Shown one piece after another: positions 44,752 to 56,067 of a stretch of 64,000 nucleotides of DNA. The DNA is taken from IMG/VR virus record IMGVR_UViG_3300023048_000002, positions 96,001 to 160,000 of that record; one strand, 5' to 3'. The stretch is from a virus (Duplodnaviria; Caudoviricetes). Made by a program: the position numbers and the translations under genes. Positions within the stretch are counted from its first letter, which is position 1. Each line of letters starts with the position of its first letter. The notes under the pieces were generated by a model. It had not been told where the DNA came from. It was given only the letters and a program-made list of their open reading frames with translations, and searched no databases.

Positions 44752-47565
44752 TTAAACCGAGCTTTTAGCTGATCTTTGACTGAAATCTAAATGATCAGCA
44801 TATGACTTATAAATTGAGCCATTCTGAGCCAGCTTAGCCTGATCAAGATTAGTCTCAGACTTACCATCACGTTCATTCATTTCTTTATTTGACTTTGCAA
44901 TTTCTAGTAATAGGTCTTCTACCTTATCAGAGCGGCCAGCCTGTGCATCAGCCAATAGCTGATTCTGAAGCTGTTGGCTGATGAGATTTGATGGTGATGA
45001 AGATGCAGCAGCCGCCACAGATGGAGATGCATCATTTGTTGGTGCAATCGAATTATACCCAACACTACCACCAGCAAGATCAACACCATACTTATCCTTA
45101 TAATTTGATCTTAATTCCTCAGCCTTGGAAACTGCCATACCTTGTCCAGATGTTCCTTTAACTGTTACTGCAAGCTTCTGTGCAGCAGTAACAGCATTAA
45201 GGTCATTCATTCTTGAATTGGTTGCAGTCTGCGACGCATCATATTTTTTATTACTGTTCAAGGCATCTTGAGCTGAATCACTACCAAAAAACGCTGCCAT
45301 TTTAGCTAGGTTTTCACCTATGAAATCACCAGCTTTTGTTCCTTCAAGTAATGTTTTATTGATTACGGTACCAATACCCCAACCAACAGCACCAGCAGCG
45401 GCAACCCATCCTGTGGCAGCTAAAGCACTTCCACCAGCACCAGCAGCAATACCACCGGCTGCAACTGAGACACCTTCACCCACTGCTGTACCTGCGGCAG
45501 CACTACCCATTGAACCTAATACTCTTCCGCCAGCTTTCTTAATTAACTCACCTAGAATAAAACCACCAGCAGTCTGTACTACAGCATTAACTGCCGAACC
45601 AATAGGGTTTTGAGTAAATCCCTTTACGGCCTGTGTTGCTTCAATAATAGCTTGAGAAAATCCACTAGGTCCAGTCAGACCATCAACAGCCTTAGATAAA
45701 GAATCATCAAAGGTCTTTGTTCCTGTCACATTACCTTGAGTTTTACCCTGCTGATTAATTTTTCCCCATTCAGTATCAAATTGTTGCCTATTAACACCAA
45801 TACCCTGTAACTGTGTGTTAATGGCTTCATTATACATAGAGCTAGTATTACCCTTAGCAGCAGACTGCTGGGCTTTAATTAATCGACCCTGATCACTAGC
45901 TGCAATTGATTTAGCAATACTACTATATCGGTTAATATCGGCGGGATCAGTTAATGTACTGACACCCCCAGCAGAAGATACGCTCTGGAAAAATTTATCA
46001 TCTTTATCGTTAATTTTAGAATTAGGGTTAGCCTGATTATATTGCTGAACCTGCATTGCTGAACCTATTTGAGTTTTAATCAAATTTTCAAGCCCAGCAT
46101 AACGTTTATTTACCGCTTCTTGCTGCATCTGTTTTTGCATATCAAGACTGATACCCAATGCAACATTTAGTTTTGTTCTTTCGTAGATTTCTTTATTAAT
46201 AGCCTTTGATCGTTCGGAATCTGACTTATCAGCATACTTTTGATTAAGTACTGACAATTCTCCCATATCACCTAGGCTGTCATAGAAGTCTTTTAATGCG
46301 CCATCTGTTACACCAATCTGTTCTGAGAATTGGTGCATTAATCCCATCTGGACTTTTTGTCCTTGAACATCGCCAGCATTGACGCCAACGCCCTGTGATG
46401 TCTTCTGATAAGCCAATGCTGTTTCTAATGCATCCTTACCATAAACACCAAACTGATATGCTGTCTTTTGTAGTGAAGCTAATTGAGTATCAAATCCACT
46501 ATACTCATTACCACCACCCAAACCTCTTAATGCTTGACGATTACTGCCAATCAAATCTGATCGCTGAGATTCAGACACCCCCATGAGAAGCGAGCTTCCA
46601 TAGCCACTTTCAGGGATGTTATTCTTCATACGAGCCATGTAATCGTTGAATGCCATTGGGATGGCTTCAGTGAATAGTAGCTTACCTGCTTTAATCAAAC
46701 CGTTCTTAAGTGCAACAACGCCCTTAGTTAGATGTTCACCATTTGTCTTTGCATTATCTACAAGGATTTCAGCAATACTGTCATTGGTTTGCTTAAGATG
46801 TTCTACACCACCAGTTATCTTATTAATGACTTTTAGATAATCTTCATTTGAAGTATTGATATCATTGATATTCTTCAAATACTCAACATCGGCCTCATTA
46901 AGGGCGCCAGTAGCTTTATTCAACTCAATAAATGATTCTGTTATTTCATTGAATTCTTTACTTAGACCTTCTATTGATGTCTTCTGCTCTTCGATAGACT
47001 TGTCAAACTCATTAAGAGTTTTTTGTAAGTCGCTTGTTTTCTTCTTACTATTTCTAGCCTTAATAAGATTCTTTTCAATTGCGGCTCTCTTCAATTCCAA
47101 ATCTGAGAGTTTAGATGTTGCACTCTTTAAGGTATCGACAGCATCTTTGTGCTTCTCAATACTTTGTGCAGCCTTAGTAGCACGCTTGTCCAAGTCATCC
47201 AAGGTCTTAACAAAATCATCACCAGCTTTCATCATGTCAACAATCGACAGGGTTGCCTGACGTTGCTGATCATTTAGCTTGCGGGTGTTCTTCTCTAGAG
47301 CATCAAAAACCTTATCAAGTCCCTTTGTGGCTAAGGAAATCTTTTTGAACATGTTACCCAATTGCTGGGCAGCATCACCATTATTTTTAATGGCATTTCT
47401 AAGAGCATCAGTATTAAGACCAGATTCACCATTTTTGAAATTGTCATATCCCGTCTTTTGACTTGAATATCCACTGCTCGCAGCAGAACCACCTAATGAC
47501 TTGGTTAGAGAATTAAGGGAATCGACTAATTGTTTGACTTGGTTTGGATCGATAGTACCGGCCAT
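44752..47565 (-). CDS. Tape-measure-like protein
   Basis: 937 aa; coiled coils plus Ala/Gly hydrophobic region. Confidence 0.55.
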   Translation of the reverse strand: MAGTIDPNQVKQLVDSLNSLTKSLGGSAASSGYSSQKTGYDNFKNGESGLNTDALRNAIKNNGDAAQQLGNMFKKISLATKGLDKVFDALEKNTRKLNDQQRQATLSIVDMMKAGDDFVKTLDDLDKRATKAAQSIEKHKDAVDTLKSATSKLSDLELKRAAIEKNLIKARNSKKKTSDLQKTLNEFDKSIEEQKTSIEGLSKEFNEITESFIELNKATGALNEADVEYLKNINDINTSNEDYLKVINKITGGVEHLKQTNDSIAEILVDNAKTNGEHLTKGVVALKNGLIKAGKLLFTEAIPMAFNDYMARMKNNIPESGYGSSLLMGVSESQRSDLIGSNRQALRGLGGGNEYSGFDTQLASLQKTAYQFGVYGKDALETALAYQKTSQGVGVNAGDVQGQKVQMGLMHQFSEQIGVTDGALKDFYDSLGDMGELSVLNQKYADKSDSERSKAINKEIYERTKLNVALGISLDMQKQMQQEAVNKRYAGLENLIKTQIGSAMQVQQYNQANPNSKINDKDDKFFQSVSSAGGVSTLTDPADINRYSSIAKSIAASDQGRLIKAQQSAAKGNTSSMYNEAINTQLQGIGVNRQQFDTEWGKINQQGKTQGNVTGTKTFDDSLSKAVDGLTGPSGFSQAIIEATQAVKGFTQNPIGSAVNAVVQTAGGFILGELIKKAGGRVLGSMGSAAAGTAVGEGVSVAAGGIAAGAGGSALAATGWVAAAGAVGWGIGTVINKTLLEGTKAGDFIGENLAKMAAFFGSDSAQDALNSNKKYDASQTATNSRMNDLNAVTAAQKLAVTVKGTSGQGMAVSKAEELRSNYKDKYGVDLAGGSVGYNSIAPTNDASPSVAAAASSSPSNLISQQLQNQLLADAQAGRSDKVEDLLLEIAKSNKEMNERDGKSETNLDQAKLAQNGSIYKSYADHLDFSQRSAKSSV

Positions 47566-47679
47566 TTATAAAATCCGAAATATATGGATTATTTATCCAT
47601 ATGAATTTTAAAGAAGACTTGTAATTTTATTCAGGGTTTGTTAATATACATAAATTAAAACAGGGGTTTATAGCCTACT

Positions 47680-48270
47680 ATGCCAGCCAAGAAAACAACA
47701 GAAGCCATCAGCGTTCCAGTTACCGAAGAAATCGTAGCCTTCAATATTGAAGATTTAGATACTATTTTAGATAATCCGCGAAAGCCAAAAAAGAAAAAGA
47801 ATTATATTAATAATGCAGACTTACTCAAAGAATTAGAAATAAGTAATACCAAGGGTAAGATGACAACTGAATTAACTAAGATGTTAATGATGCTTACTCA
47901 CCGCTTCGCAATGAAGGGTAGATTTGCCAACTATACGTACAATGAAGACATGCAGGCATTTGCATTATTCACAATTGTAAGAGTCTGGCATAAGTTTGAT
48001 TCAACAAAGAGCAACAACCCATTTGCTTATTTTACTCAAACCATTAAGAACGCATTCTTCCAGTATGACAATACCGAGCGTGCACAGAGAGATGTTAAAG
48101 ATAAGATTCGTATTACACAGGGTGAAGCTCCATCATTCTCATTCCTTGATCGTAACGGCCATGATGACTTTGATTCGAATTTATCCAGCAGTGATTCAGT
48201 TGAACTGTTGTATAGTTCACCAGATCATTTTGATGATTCACAAGGAGTAACACCGGATGAAGAAGCTTAA
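47680..48270 (+). CDS. gp55: Late sigma factor (gp55-like)
   Basis: NYINN..L, FANYTY.EDM, NPFAYFTQ..KNAF. Confidence 0.9.
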   Translation: MPAKKTTEAISVPVTEEIVAFNIEDLDTILDNPRKPKKKKNYINNADLLKELEISNTKGKMTTELTKMLMMLTHRFAMKGRFANYTYNEDMQAFALFTIVRVWHKFDSTKSNNPFAYFTQTIKNAFFQYDNTERAQRDVKDKIRITQGEAPSFSFLDRNGHDDFDSNLSSSDSVELLYSSPDHFDDSQGVTPDEEA

Positions 48271-49306
48271 AAAGTGCGCAATGTTTACGGACATCCATTT
48301 CGGACGCCGTAACAACAGTGAACTCCATAATAAAGATTGTTTTAACTTTGTCACTTGGGTCTGTAGTCTAGTTACAGCAGACCCAAGCATTGACCATGTA
48401 GTGTTCTTGGGTGACTGGCATGAGTTGCGTAATGCAGTTAATGGTTTAACCCTTGACTACTCATATCGTGCTGCAAGGCTTCTTAACGATCTAGGACTAC
48501 CAATATTTTTCATTGTTGGAAACCACGATCTTTATTTTAGAAACAACAGAAATGTCTTTACAACTACACCATTTGAGTCTCTATCTAATTTTAGAATTAT
48601 TGACAAGATCACTGTAGTAGAAGAGATGGGTGACAAGGGTGGTGTCGTTTCACCTTTCTTATTTGAACCGGAATTTCCACAGCTATTGCAATACCGTGAC
48701 TATCCAGTTTTGTTTGGTCATTTTGAATTCAAGGGATTTGTGATCACCGGTGATACGGTTACTAAGGATCATGGTCCTGATCATACGCTCTTCAAGTCAT
48801 TTGCTAGAATATTCTCAGGTCATTATCACAAGCGTCAGCTTCAGGACAACGTTGCATACATTGGTAGTACATTTCCAATGGATTTCAGTGATGCAAATGA
48901 TTCTGCTCGTGGTGTCGGTATCTTCGATTATAAAACTAATAAGTTAACTTTTATCGATTGGGAAGATTGCCCAACATACGTTGTATGTAAGATTTCAGAA
49001 GTCCTAGAGAATCCTAAGAAATTCTTGAAAGAAAGATGTACGGTGAAGTGTTATGTTGATGTTGATCTTACCCATGAAGAATCCATTGAATTACGTGCTA
49101 ATTGGATTAAGAAATATAAACTACGCGAGTTGTCATTAGATGAAGGCTTCAAGATGGATGAAAACCTAGATGGTGATGATTCTCTTGAAGGTGATTTAGT
49201 ATTCGATTCAATCGACAACATCATTGAAACAAAACTTAATACAATTTCTGTAGACAAGATAGATGCTAAGGAATTGGTTAAAATTTACAAAGGACTAAAG
49301 ATTTGA
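48257..49306 (+). CDS. gp47: Mre11/SbcD recombination nuclease (gp47)
   Basis: TDIHFG, LGD, GNHD, SGHYH. Confidence 0.93.
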   Translation: MKKLKKCAMFTDIHFGRRNNSELHNKDCFNFVTWVCSLVTADPSIDHVVFLGDWHELRNAVNGLTLDYSYRAARLLNDLGLPIFFIVGNHDLYFRNNRNVFTTTPFESLSNFRIIDKITVVEEMGDKGGVVSPFLFEPEFPQLLQYRDYPVLFGHFEFKGFVITGDTVTKDHGPDHTLFKSFARIFSGHYHKRQLQDNVAYIGSTFPMDFSDANDSARGVGIFDYKTNKLTFIDWEDCPTYVVCKISEVLENPKKFLKERCTVKCYVDVDLTHEESIELRANWIKKYKLRELSLDEGFKMDENLDGDDSLEGDLVFDSIDNIIETKLNTISVDKIDAKELVKIYKGLKI

Positions 49307-51564
49307 GTACACCAATTGAATTCTTATACCTAACCATGAGAAATTTTCTTTCTTATGGTAACAATCGTACAACTCTAAATCTCCGTTTCGATGAGCCAAC
49401 TCTAGTAGTTGGCCGAAACCTTGATGACATGACTAATGGACAAATGGAATCTAATGGGGCAGGTAAGACGACCCTAATTAATGCATTAGCATGGGTGATC
49501 TATGACAAGACTGTAACTCCTATCAAGAAAGACAAGCTTGTCAACTTTGTAAACAAGAAGAATATGGAAGTCATTCTCATATTCAAAAAGAACAATAAGT
49601 TTTACAAAATTCACCGCTATAGAAAGAACAGTTCTCTTGGTGGTGATGGTGTGCGTATCTATGAATCAGATAACATGGATTTTGATACAGCACGAGCCGA
49701 AGACCCATCGCGAGCGGATATTTCAGAAGATAGCATTCGCCTAGGTACCAAGCAGATTGAACGAATCGTTGGTATGCCTTTTGAAATTTTTGTTCGAATT
49801 GTCATCTACAGTGGTTCTATGGAATCATTTCTTTCTCTACCTGTTACATCTGCAACTGCTGGTGTGGCAAGCCAATCTAAAATCATTGAAGAATTATTTG
49901 GCCTGATTGAAATTACAGATAAAGCCAAGGTTCTGAAAGATGAGATGAAGGAAGACAAAGATAATCTTGAAAGCCTAAAGAAGATTGGTGAAGAGATTAC
50001 TAAACAGAGAGTCATGCATCAAACCCAACTAGATTCAGTTAAGAATAGAATTGATGTTTGGGAAAAGAACAAAGATGAGTTGATTGAAACACTAAAGAAT
50101 AAAATCAATTCCCTATCTGAAACTGATTTTGAATACCAAGAAGTCTGCTTCAAGGAAATCAAAAAAGTAGAAGATGATATTTCTGAAGCATCATCCACAT
50201 TAAAACTGAAGGCATCAGAGTTAAGGAATGCTAATACTACAGTTGATGGTAGTAAAACATGGCAGTCAGACAAAGATGCGAAACTTTCAAGCATTTCAGC
50301 CAAGTTGGGTAAGTTTGAAGAGAAGGATTTTGACGCTGAAATAGAATCAATGACTACTGTTGATAATCTAAAGTCTCAAATAAATGAACTTAAGAATGAA
50401 GCAAGAGATTTCAATAAGCTTACCGCAGATGCAGACAGAGAGATGTCTAAGATTGCTGATGAGCGTGAACACTTAGATGGAAACAAATGTCCATACTGTC
50501 TACAGCAAATGGGAATGGATTCAGTTAAGGAAAAGATTGCCAATCTAGATATTAGGCATGGTGCAGAATACAAGATCAGTGCAACAAACATTAAGAAGTT
50601 CAAGGCTCATCAAGAGAGTATTGGAAACCTATCGGTGAAAGTCGAAGAGCTTGAAGAGATGATTTCATTCAAATCAATCTCTGAATTGAATCGCTATAGA
50701 TCAGACCTTAATGATTTGAAGAAAGAACTTGAGTTCACAGAGAAGCAAGAGAATCCGTATACTGATATTGATAGCATTAAGGGAGTTGCTTTAAGCCTTG
50801 AGAAGCAGATTGTAAAGCTAGAAGCCAAGCTTGAAAAACTCAAGAAAAAAAGTACTCTGCTTAATAATGAAATAATCTACAAATCATATGCTGCAATGGT
50901 TGATGATAGATCGAAGATTGACAGCTTGAAGAATGATCTTCTTAAGGAAGAAGCTTCAATCAATCCTCACACCGATACTTTGAATGATCTTAAAAAGTTT
51001 GAAATTGATGATAAAAACTCTAAAGAGATTGATGCTCTTGAAAAGGTTCTGTTTCATAAAACATTCTTACATAAGCTTCTAACAAAACCTGATTCGTTCA
51101 TCAGAAAGACATTGTTGAACCAGAACCTTCCATTCTTAAATAAGCAATTGAAAAGTTATCTAGATATGTTGAATCTTCCACACAAGGTAGAATTCACAGA
51201 AAAATTGACAGCAGATATCAGCAAGTTTGGTAATGAATGGGATTCGGACAACCTCTCGCGAGGCCAGAAGGCAAGAGTCGATATTGCACTGTCCTTCGCC
51301 TTCAGAGACGTCCTACAGAAGCGTTACGGTAAGATACCCTTCTGTGTGTTGGATGAGTGTCTGGACAACGGCCTGAGCCCAACTGGTGCGCAGCATGCAG
51401 CTAAGATGATCAAGAAGATTGCTGAGCGTGACAAGATTTCAATGCTATTAGTAACACATAGAGAAGAGATTACAACGTTCTTTGATCACACGTTAGAGAT
51501 TGAGTTAGAACGAGGATTCTCCCGAATACTTGACTCTAGAATATCAGAAACAACTAGCGCATAA
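49303..51564 (+). CDS. gp46: Rad50/SbcC ATPase (gp46)
   Basis: NFLSYGN, NGAGKTT, CPYC hook, LSRGQ, LDE; TTG start. Confidence 0.95.
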   Translation: MSTPIEFLYLTMRNFLSYGNNRTTLNLRFDEPTLVVGRNLDDMTNGQMESNGAGKTTLINALAWVIYDKTVTPIKKDKLVNFVNKKNMEVILIFKKNNKFYKIHRYRKNSSLGGDGVRIYESDNMDFDTARAEDPSRADISEDSIRLGTKQIERIVGMPFEIFVRIVIYSGSMESFLSLPVTSATAGVASQSKIIEELFGLIEITDKAKVLKDEMKEDKDNLESLKKIGEEITKQRVMHQTQLDSVKNRIDVWEKNKDELIETLKNKINSLSETDFEYQEVCFKEIKKVEDDISEASSTLKLKASELRNANTTVDGSKTWQSDKDAKLSSISAKLGKFEEKDFDAEIESMTTVDNLKSQINELKNEARDFNKLTADADREMSKIADEREHLDGNKCPYCLQQMGMDSVKEKIANLDIRHGAEYKISATNIKKFKAHQESIGNLSVKVEELEEMISFKSISELNRYRSDLNDLKKELEFTEKQENPYTDIDSIKGVALSLEKQIVKLEAKLEKLKKKSTLLNNEIIYKSYAAMVDDRSKIDSLKNDLLKEEASINPHTDTLNDLKKFEIDDKNSKEIDALEKVLFHKTFLHKLLTKPDSFIRKTLLNQNLPFLNKQLKSYLDMLNLPHKVEFTEKLTADISKFGNEWDSDNLSRGQKARVDIALSFAFRDVLQKRYGKIPFCVLDECLDNGLSPTGAQHAAKMIKKIAERDKISMLLVTHREEITTFFDHTLEIELERGFSRILDSRISETTSA

Positions 51565-51566
51565 AG

Positions 51567-51594
51567 AAAAAGCCCGCTTTCGCGGGCTTTTTTA
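51567..51594. terminator. Bidirectional terminator
   Basis: AAAAAGCCCGC-TTTC-GCGGGCTTTTT. Confidence 0.85.
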
Positions 51595-53199
51595 TTACTT
51601 GATGATTGAGTCTTTAAACCACTTCGGTGTCTGTCTGTCCATGAACTTCAATAGACCTGCAAATGATTCATCCAAAATGTAGGTATAACCCCAATCATCC
51701 TTTGCACGGACTACACGGCCAGAACCCTGAATAATACCGATCATTGCCTGACGCATGTACCACTCCTTTGAAAGCTCTTGTCTACGTTTGACCCATGCAT
51801 CTCCCAAATATGGATACGGGACTTTAACGATGATGGAGAAACGTCCTCTGTCATGTTTAAGATCGAGACCTTCGGTAATACTTGGGCTAATTAAGATAGA
51901 TGGAATTTCATTGTTATTTGAAGTAAATTTTTCAATCACTTCATCACGAGAAGATTCCGCTTCTGGATTATGGTGCATTATTCGCTGTTCAATCTTACCG
52001 TCAAGCTGTTCGATCAACCAGTTTGCTACTTGGAAACTAGCAGTGTGGATAATTCCAGACTGACCTTCATGCTGTTTACAGATTTCAATGATACCGTCAA
52101 TCATACGCCTACGGTCACCTTTCTTGTCGTCTCCATCCCACCCATAAGTCATCTTGGATTTTGGCGTATATAGAACTGGACGATTTTCTAGCTCAAATTC
52201 AGAATCGACAGAAAGGAAGGCGGTTTCACTGGCCGGAATCCCCATATCACGGCAAAATGCATCTTTATCTAGAATGGTGGATGACATGAACAAGAACCTA
52301 TCGGCCATTGGCTTCATGTAGGTGTTGAACATATCTTTACCATAAAGTGGCTTGAATTTAAAATATGTCTTGTCTTTGATGAGTGCAAATTTATCAATCA
52401 ATTTACTTCTATCTTCGCCAAGGTACTCACCAAGAATAGTGATATGTTCCTTGATATCTTTTAGCTTGTTGATAATCTCTGCATCTGATTTGCTCATCGT
52501 TTCGTCATTTTCGTATTTGGACATAATTTCATCCGCTACTGACTTGACAAGGCGATACTCACTCTCAACCGCTGGTAGGTATGTCTCTTCGATCCAATCC
52601 AATGCATCATCTTCATTACGCGGATAATGAAATTTTACCTTAAACTGACGGCAGCGCTTTTCACCAATCTGTAAAGCACGGAACTCAGTTAGGTGATGCT
52701 CCAATGTATGACATTCATCTAGAATCATGAGCTTTCTTTTCTTGATTCCGATGGTCTCTGACAACATGAAATATAGGAGAGCTAAGGTGTAATTCATTAC
52801 CACATTAGGTGATGAACGAACTGCATCCATGGCGTCTCTATGTGGGCACTTAACACATTTAGGTTTAATGTCGCTTCCGATGTCGCAATTGGTGTCTTTC
52901 GATTCACATCTGTAATTTGATTTGCCATAGATGGAAAAGAGACGTGCCCTTTCAAATGAATCCTGATACTGCTTCTGAAGAATTTTCTGAGGTGTTAGAA
53001 TAAATGAACTACCCATAGATTCAGCAAGATATGCGCTATAATTCAAACCAATAGGTGATTTACCACCACCTACGGGAACTTCACATAGAATGTATTTAAT
53101 ATTTGGTGGAAGGTTTTCTACCCACTGAAGTACCTTTTCCTGTGATGCACGAGGTTTTGAATTTGGCATAGGCCAAAAATTTAGAATGGATGTTGTCAT
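51595..53199 (-). CDS. DinG/YoaA-family SF2 helicase
   Basis: PVGGGKS, DECH, MSST, EGLD, QGSGRVVR; Cys cluster. Confidence 0.9.
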   Translation of the reverse strand: MTTSILNFWPMPNSKPRASQEKVLQWVENLPPNIKYILCEVPVGGGKSPIGLNYSAYLAESMGSSFILTPQKILQKQYQDSFERARLFSIYGKSNYRCESKDTNCDIGSDIKPKCVKCPHRDAMDAVRSSPNVVMNYTLALLYFMLSETIGIKKRKLMILDECHTLEHHLTEFRALQIGEKRCRQFKVKFHYPRNEDDALDWIEETYLPAVESEYRLVKSVADEIMSKYENDETMSKSDAEIINKLKDIKEHITILGEYLGEDRSKLIDKFALIKDKTYFKFKPLYGKDMFNTYMKPMADRFLFMSSTILDKDAFCRDMGIPASETAFLSVDSEFELENRPVLYTPKSKMTYGWDGDDKKGDRRRMIDGIIEICKQHEGQSGIIHTASFQVANWLIEQLDGKIEQRIMHHNPEAESSRDEVIEKFTSNNNEIPSILISPSITEGLDLKHDRGRFSIIVKVPYPYLGDAWVKRRQELSKEWYMRQAMIGIIQGSGRVVRAKDDWGYTYILDESFAGLLKFMDRQTPKWFKDSIIK

Positions 53200-53364
53200 T
53201 TACACTATTGCCTGATATTAGAAGTGACAAGTCTAGCATAGGATACATGATGAAACAACCAAGAACATATGCGCTAATAAGATACACAAACGAAAATGAA
53301 CTGAGGTACGAAGTGAATTTTCTCTCGCGTAGCGGGACAACGAATTTCGTTAGTAAATGCAATA

Positions 53365-53435
53365 TATTAGGCACTTATTAGGCACTTATTAGGCACTTAT
53401 TAGGCATATATTAAGTAATATATTACTTAATATAT
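53365..53435. repeat. 11-bp tandem repeat (x~4) followed by 30-bp perfect palindrome
   Basis: (TATTAGGCACT)3 TATTAGGCA; ATATATTAAGTAATATATTACTTAATATAT at 53406-53435. Confidence 0.9.
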
Positions 53436-54005
53436 TAGAATGTGTTATTAAGGCAATTCTAAAGACATGCGCTTTGCTTATGTCTTTAGCATCTGATGCT
53501 TTATTATGTATTGGGATATATTAATAAATTTCCTACCCTACCCCCGTTTATTACATTAAGAACAAATACATTCTTAATCGGGTAAACTAGTTCAACTACC
53601 AAACCCAACACATTCATCCCATAGCGTCATTAGGATCGATAATACATACGATTGCTTACATATTATACGGCTGTCTCAACTTATTCTATCCAAGAACAAG
53701 CATCCACTTCCATCACCTTAAGAGGGTGATAGTGTTTTTAGTGAGTCAAATAATTATAGAAAAGTCCAAATCTCGGTAAACTATATCTCTATACTATTCT
53801 CACATAGACCGTTCGGGTATACAGAACATAGTTCGCTCTTACTTACTATGTTCCAGCCCTCCGTCCTTCGGTATTGCACCTACTAGATCAGCCTATTCAA
53901 GATTTCTAATTTTTATCACATCCTGTGAATTGCAACCATTAATGAGTCATTCATCAATGGATAGCTTTTTATCATTAAAAATAGAGATTGTCAAGATTTA
54001 AAATA

Positions 54006-55106
54006 TTATCTGGTCAAGAAGTCTTTGAAAGAACTCTTACGACCCTTTAGAATTTCGCCTCGACGGCGTAAACGGTCTTCACCTGTTAGTCTTGAGTTCA
54101 ATGGACCCTGTTCATCACGGTCTGGATTACCACTTTTAATGAAATTGGCTACCACCTTACCAAAATCAGTTAGTTCTGGTCTTTCGTTACCTGAGTTGGT
54201 TACGACACCATCTTGAGCCATTTGGTCAAAGTTAGCTTTGCATCTTACACCACTACCACCAGCAAGCGCAACGATCCATGCCTTGTCGCACTTACTTTCC
54301 AAACCATTAATGTATTCTTGTGCACGGATAGCCGCTTCAGATGAGCGTGGTGAATTTTTATCCACTGACCTATCCAACTGGTTCTGTACCAAGGCCTTAT
54401 CGGCAGTCATACGATCAAGACGGCTAGAGATGTTTCTGTTGAATGAACGAAGATGGCGGTAGTCAAACTTCGCTAGAGTATCAAAGAATTTAGTTAGCAG
54501 TTTATCATTTACCAAATTCTGCGAGTTGATGAAACCAACGTCACGCAAAGTGGCATAAGATTCTGGATCACTATCCTGTAGGCCATCGACACGATTGGTG
54601 TACTTCTTCTTGGAATCCTTTGAATTCTTCAAACCCTTAAGAAGAGCATACTCCTTAAGAGTCAAACGAGAATAGATATCAATGATGTGCTGTTCATCTG
54701 GTGGAAGTGACTGGTACCATTCCTGATCCGCTTCACCCTTAGCCTGCTGAACAGTACCGCGAAGCTCCTTAAAGGATGCATTATTAATGGAATCCCATTC
54801 ATGAAGGCTCTTAGCTACGTCCTGAACGAACTTGCTGCCTCTTGGAGTAACATTATACTTGCCATTTTCTTGCTTGATCAAACCATGCTTAAGTGCAATG
54901 TCTTTTAGGATCATTGTATTTTGAAGGGTCTGACGGATATCAGGGTTTAGTTCATCACCTCTGTTCTTCAAGTTAGATTCCATACGAGGGAAGTCATGGG
55001 CTTTCTTGAATGCACCAGCTATCCAACCTACTGTTGGACGCTTAGTTGAACCATTTTTTTCGATTGCATCTGCAATCTCTTGATATACCTGTTGGGAAGT
55101 AGCCAT
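54006..55106 (-). CDS. Hypothetical protein with repeated wHTH-like units
   Basis: VTPRG and LTDFG wings; ends SFKDFLTR. Confidence 0.55.
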   Translation of the reverse strand: MATSQQVYQEIADAIEKNGSTKRPTVGWIAGAFKKAHDFPRMESNLKNRGDELNPDIRQTLQNTMILKDIALKHGLIKQENGKYNVTPRGSKFVQDVAKSLHEWDSINNASFKELRGTVQQAKGEADQEWYQSLPPDEQHIIDIYSRLTLKEYALLKGLKNSKDSKKKYTNRVDGLQDSDPESYATLRDVGFINSQNLVNDKLLTKFFDTLAKFDYRHLRSFNRNISSRLDRMTADKALVQNQLDRSVDKNSPRSSEAAIRAQEYINGLESKCDKAWIVALAGGSGVRCKANFDQMAQDGVVTNSGNERPELTDFGKVVANFIKSGNPDRDEQGPLNSRLTGEDRLRRRGEILKGRKSSFKDFLTR

Positions 55107-55118
55107 ACTATAAGCCTA

Positions 55119-55823
55119 TTATTGAGAATATTTATCTTTTTTAATTACTTCATAGAGAATCTTGGCATCATTCATATCTTCAATTGGTTTTGGTACCGTT
55201 CTCATCTTGAGAATGATATCCTGATATTCACGAAGAAGATCAACATATGGACACTGGATTGACTTGTGTTCAGTCAGTACTCGGTACATTTCTGGTTTCT
55301 TGAAACTACCACCAGCAACACCATCACCATTTCGATATTCGTATTTCTTTACCTTGACGCCCTTGACGATAGGGTCATATGTTATCTTAGCTGCTTCTAA
55401 TTTCAACTCCGCAGGAGCATAAACTTTTATATTAGAAGAAATCTTATCAAATAGTTTCTTTCTAAGAAGAGTGCTGAAGGTTACAAGGTCAATCAATGGG
55501 CCAGCAGTTGATGAATAACTATACCCTTCAATACCAATGTAGGTGTCCTCACCATCATTGATATTTGCCTTGATTGTTTCTACAATATGGTCCGTCAAAG
55601 AATCATACCCAATCAATTTAAGGATTTCTTGTTCGGTATGGACAGCACTCTTAATATAGTTAACCCAACTATAAGTGATGTATGGATCACAGATTTCAAA
55701 CCATTTGGTTAGATTTCCTGACTTTTCAGACACTCCATATTCTTCTTTAGCGAATATGAATTTTTTATCATTGACAACTAAGGCAGTACAGGTTAAGGAT
55801 GGGTCTAAGGCAATTATATTCAT
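55119..55823 (-). CDS. RuvC-like Holliday junction resolvase
   Basis: IALDPSL, IEGYSY, P..LK, D..DA. Confidence 0.75.
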   Translation of the reverse strand: MNIIALDPSLTCTALVVNDKKFIFAKEEYGVSEKSGNLTKWFEICDPYITYSWVNYIKSAVHTEQEILKLIGYDSLTDHIVETIKANINDGEDTYIGIEGYSYSSTAGPLIDLVTFSTLLRKKLFDKISSNIKVYAPAELKLEAAKITYDPIVKGVKVKKYEYRNGDGVAGGSFKKPEMYRVLTEHKSIQCPYVDLLREYQDIILKMRTVPKPIEDMNDAKILYEVIKKDKYSQ

Positions 55824-55824
55824 A

Positions 55825-56067
55825 TTAGTAGATTGGGGGAGTGTTCTTCTTTGATAATTCTGTTTCTATTCTTTCTTTAATAAATTCTGAAATGATTTCT
55901 TTCTCTAGTGGTGTCAGTGCGAGCATTTCATCTTTTGATAATGCTCCACGCATGAAATACATCATTTCGATACCTGATTTATAGAGTCCTTTGACTTGAC
56001 CCTCAAGACTGCTATTCAGCTTAGCTATTAGCTGTCTATTTCCTGACTTGAGGGTTGAGTAAAAAAA
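55825..56067 (-). CDS. gp51-like baseplate/tail assembly domain, probably reached by -1 frameshift from gp26
   Basis: YFMRG.LS..E...LTP.EKE; no start codon near junction; T TTT TTT heptamer. Confidence 0.6.
   Translation of the reverse strand, partial: FFYSTLKSGNRQLIAKLNSSLEGQVKGLYKSGIEMMYFMRGALSKDEMLALTPLEKEIISEFIKERIETELSKKNTPPIY

Noticed and set aside
53365-53406. Possible CRISPR array
   Set aside because: Contiguous 11-bp units without spacers; no cas genes in the window.
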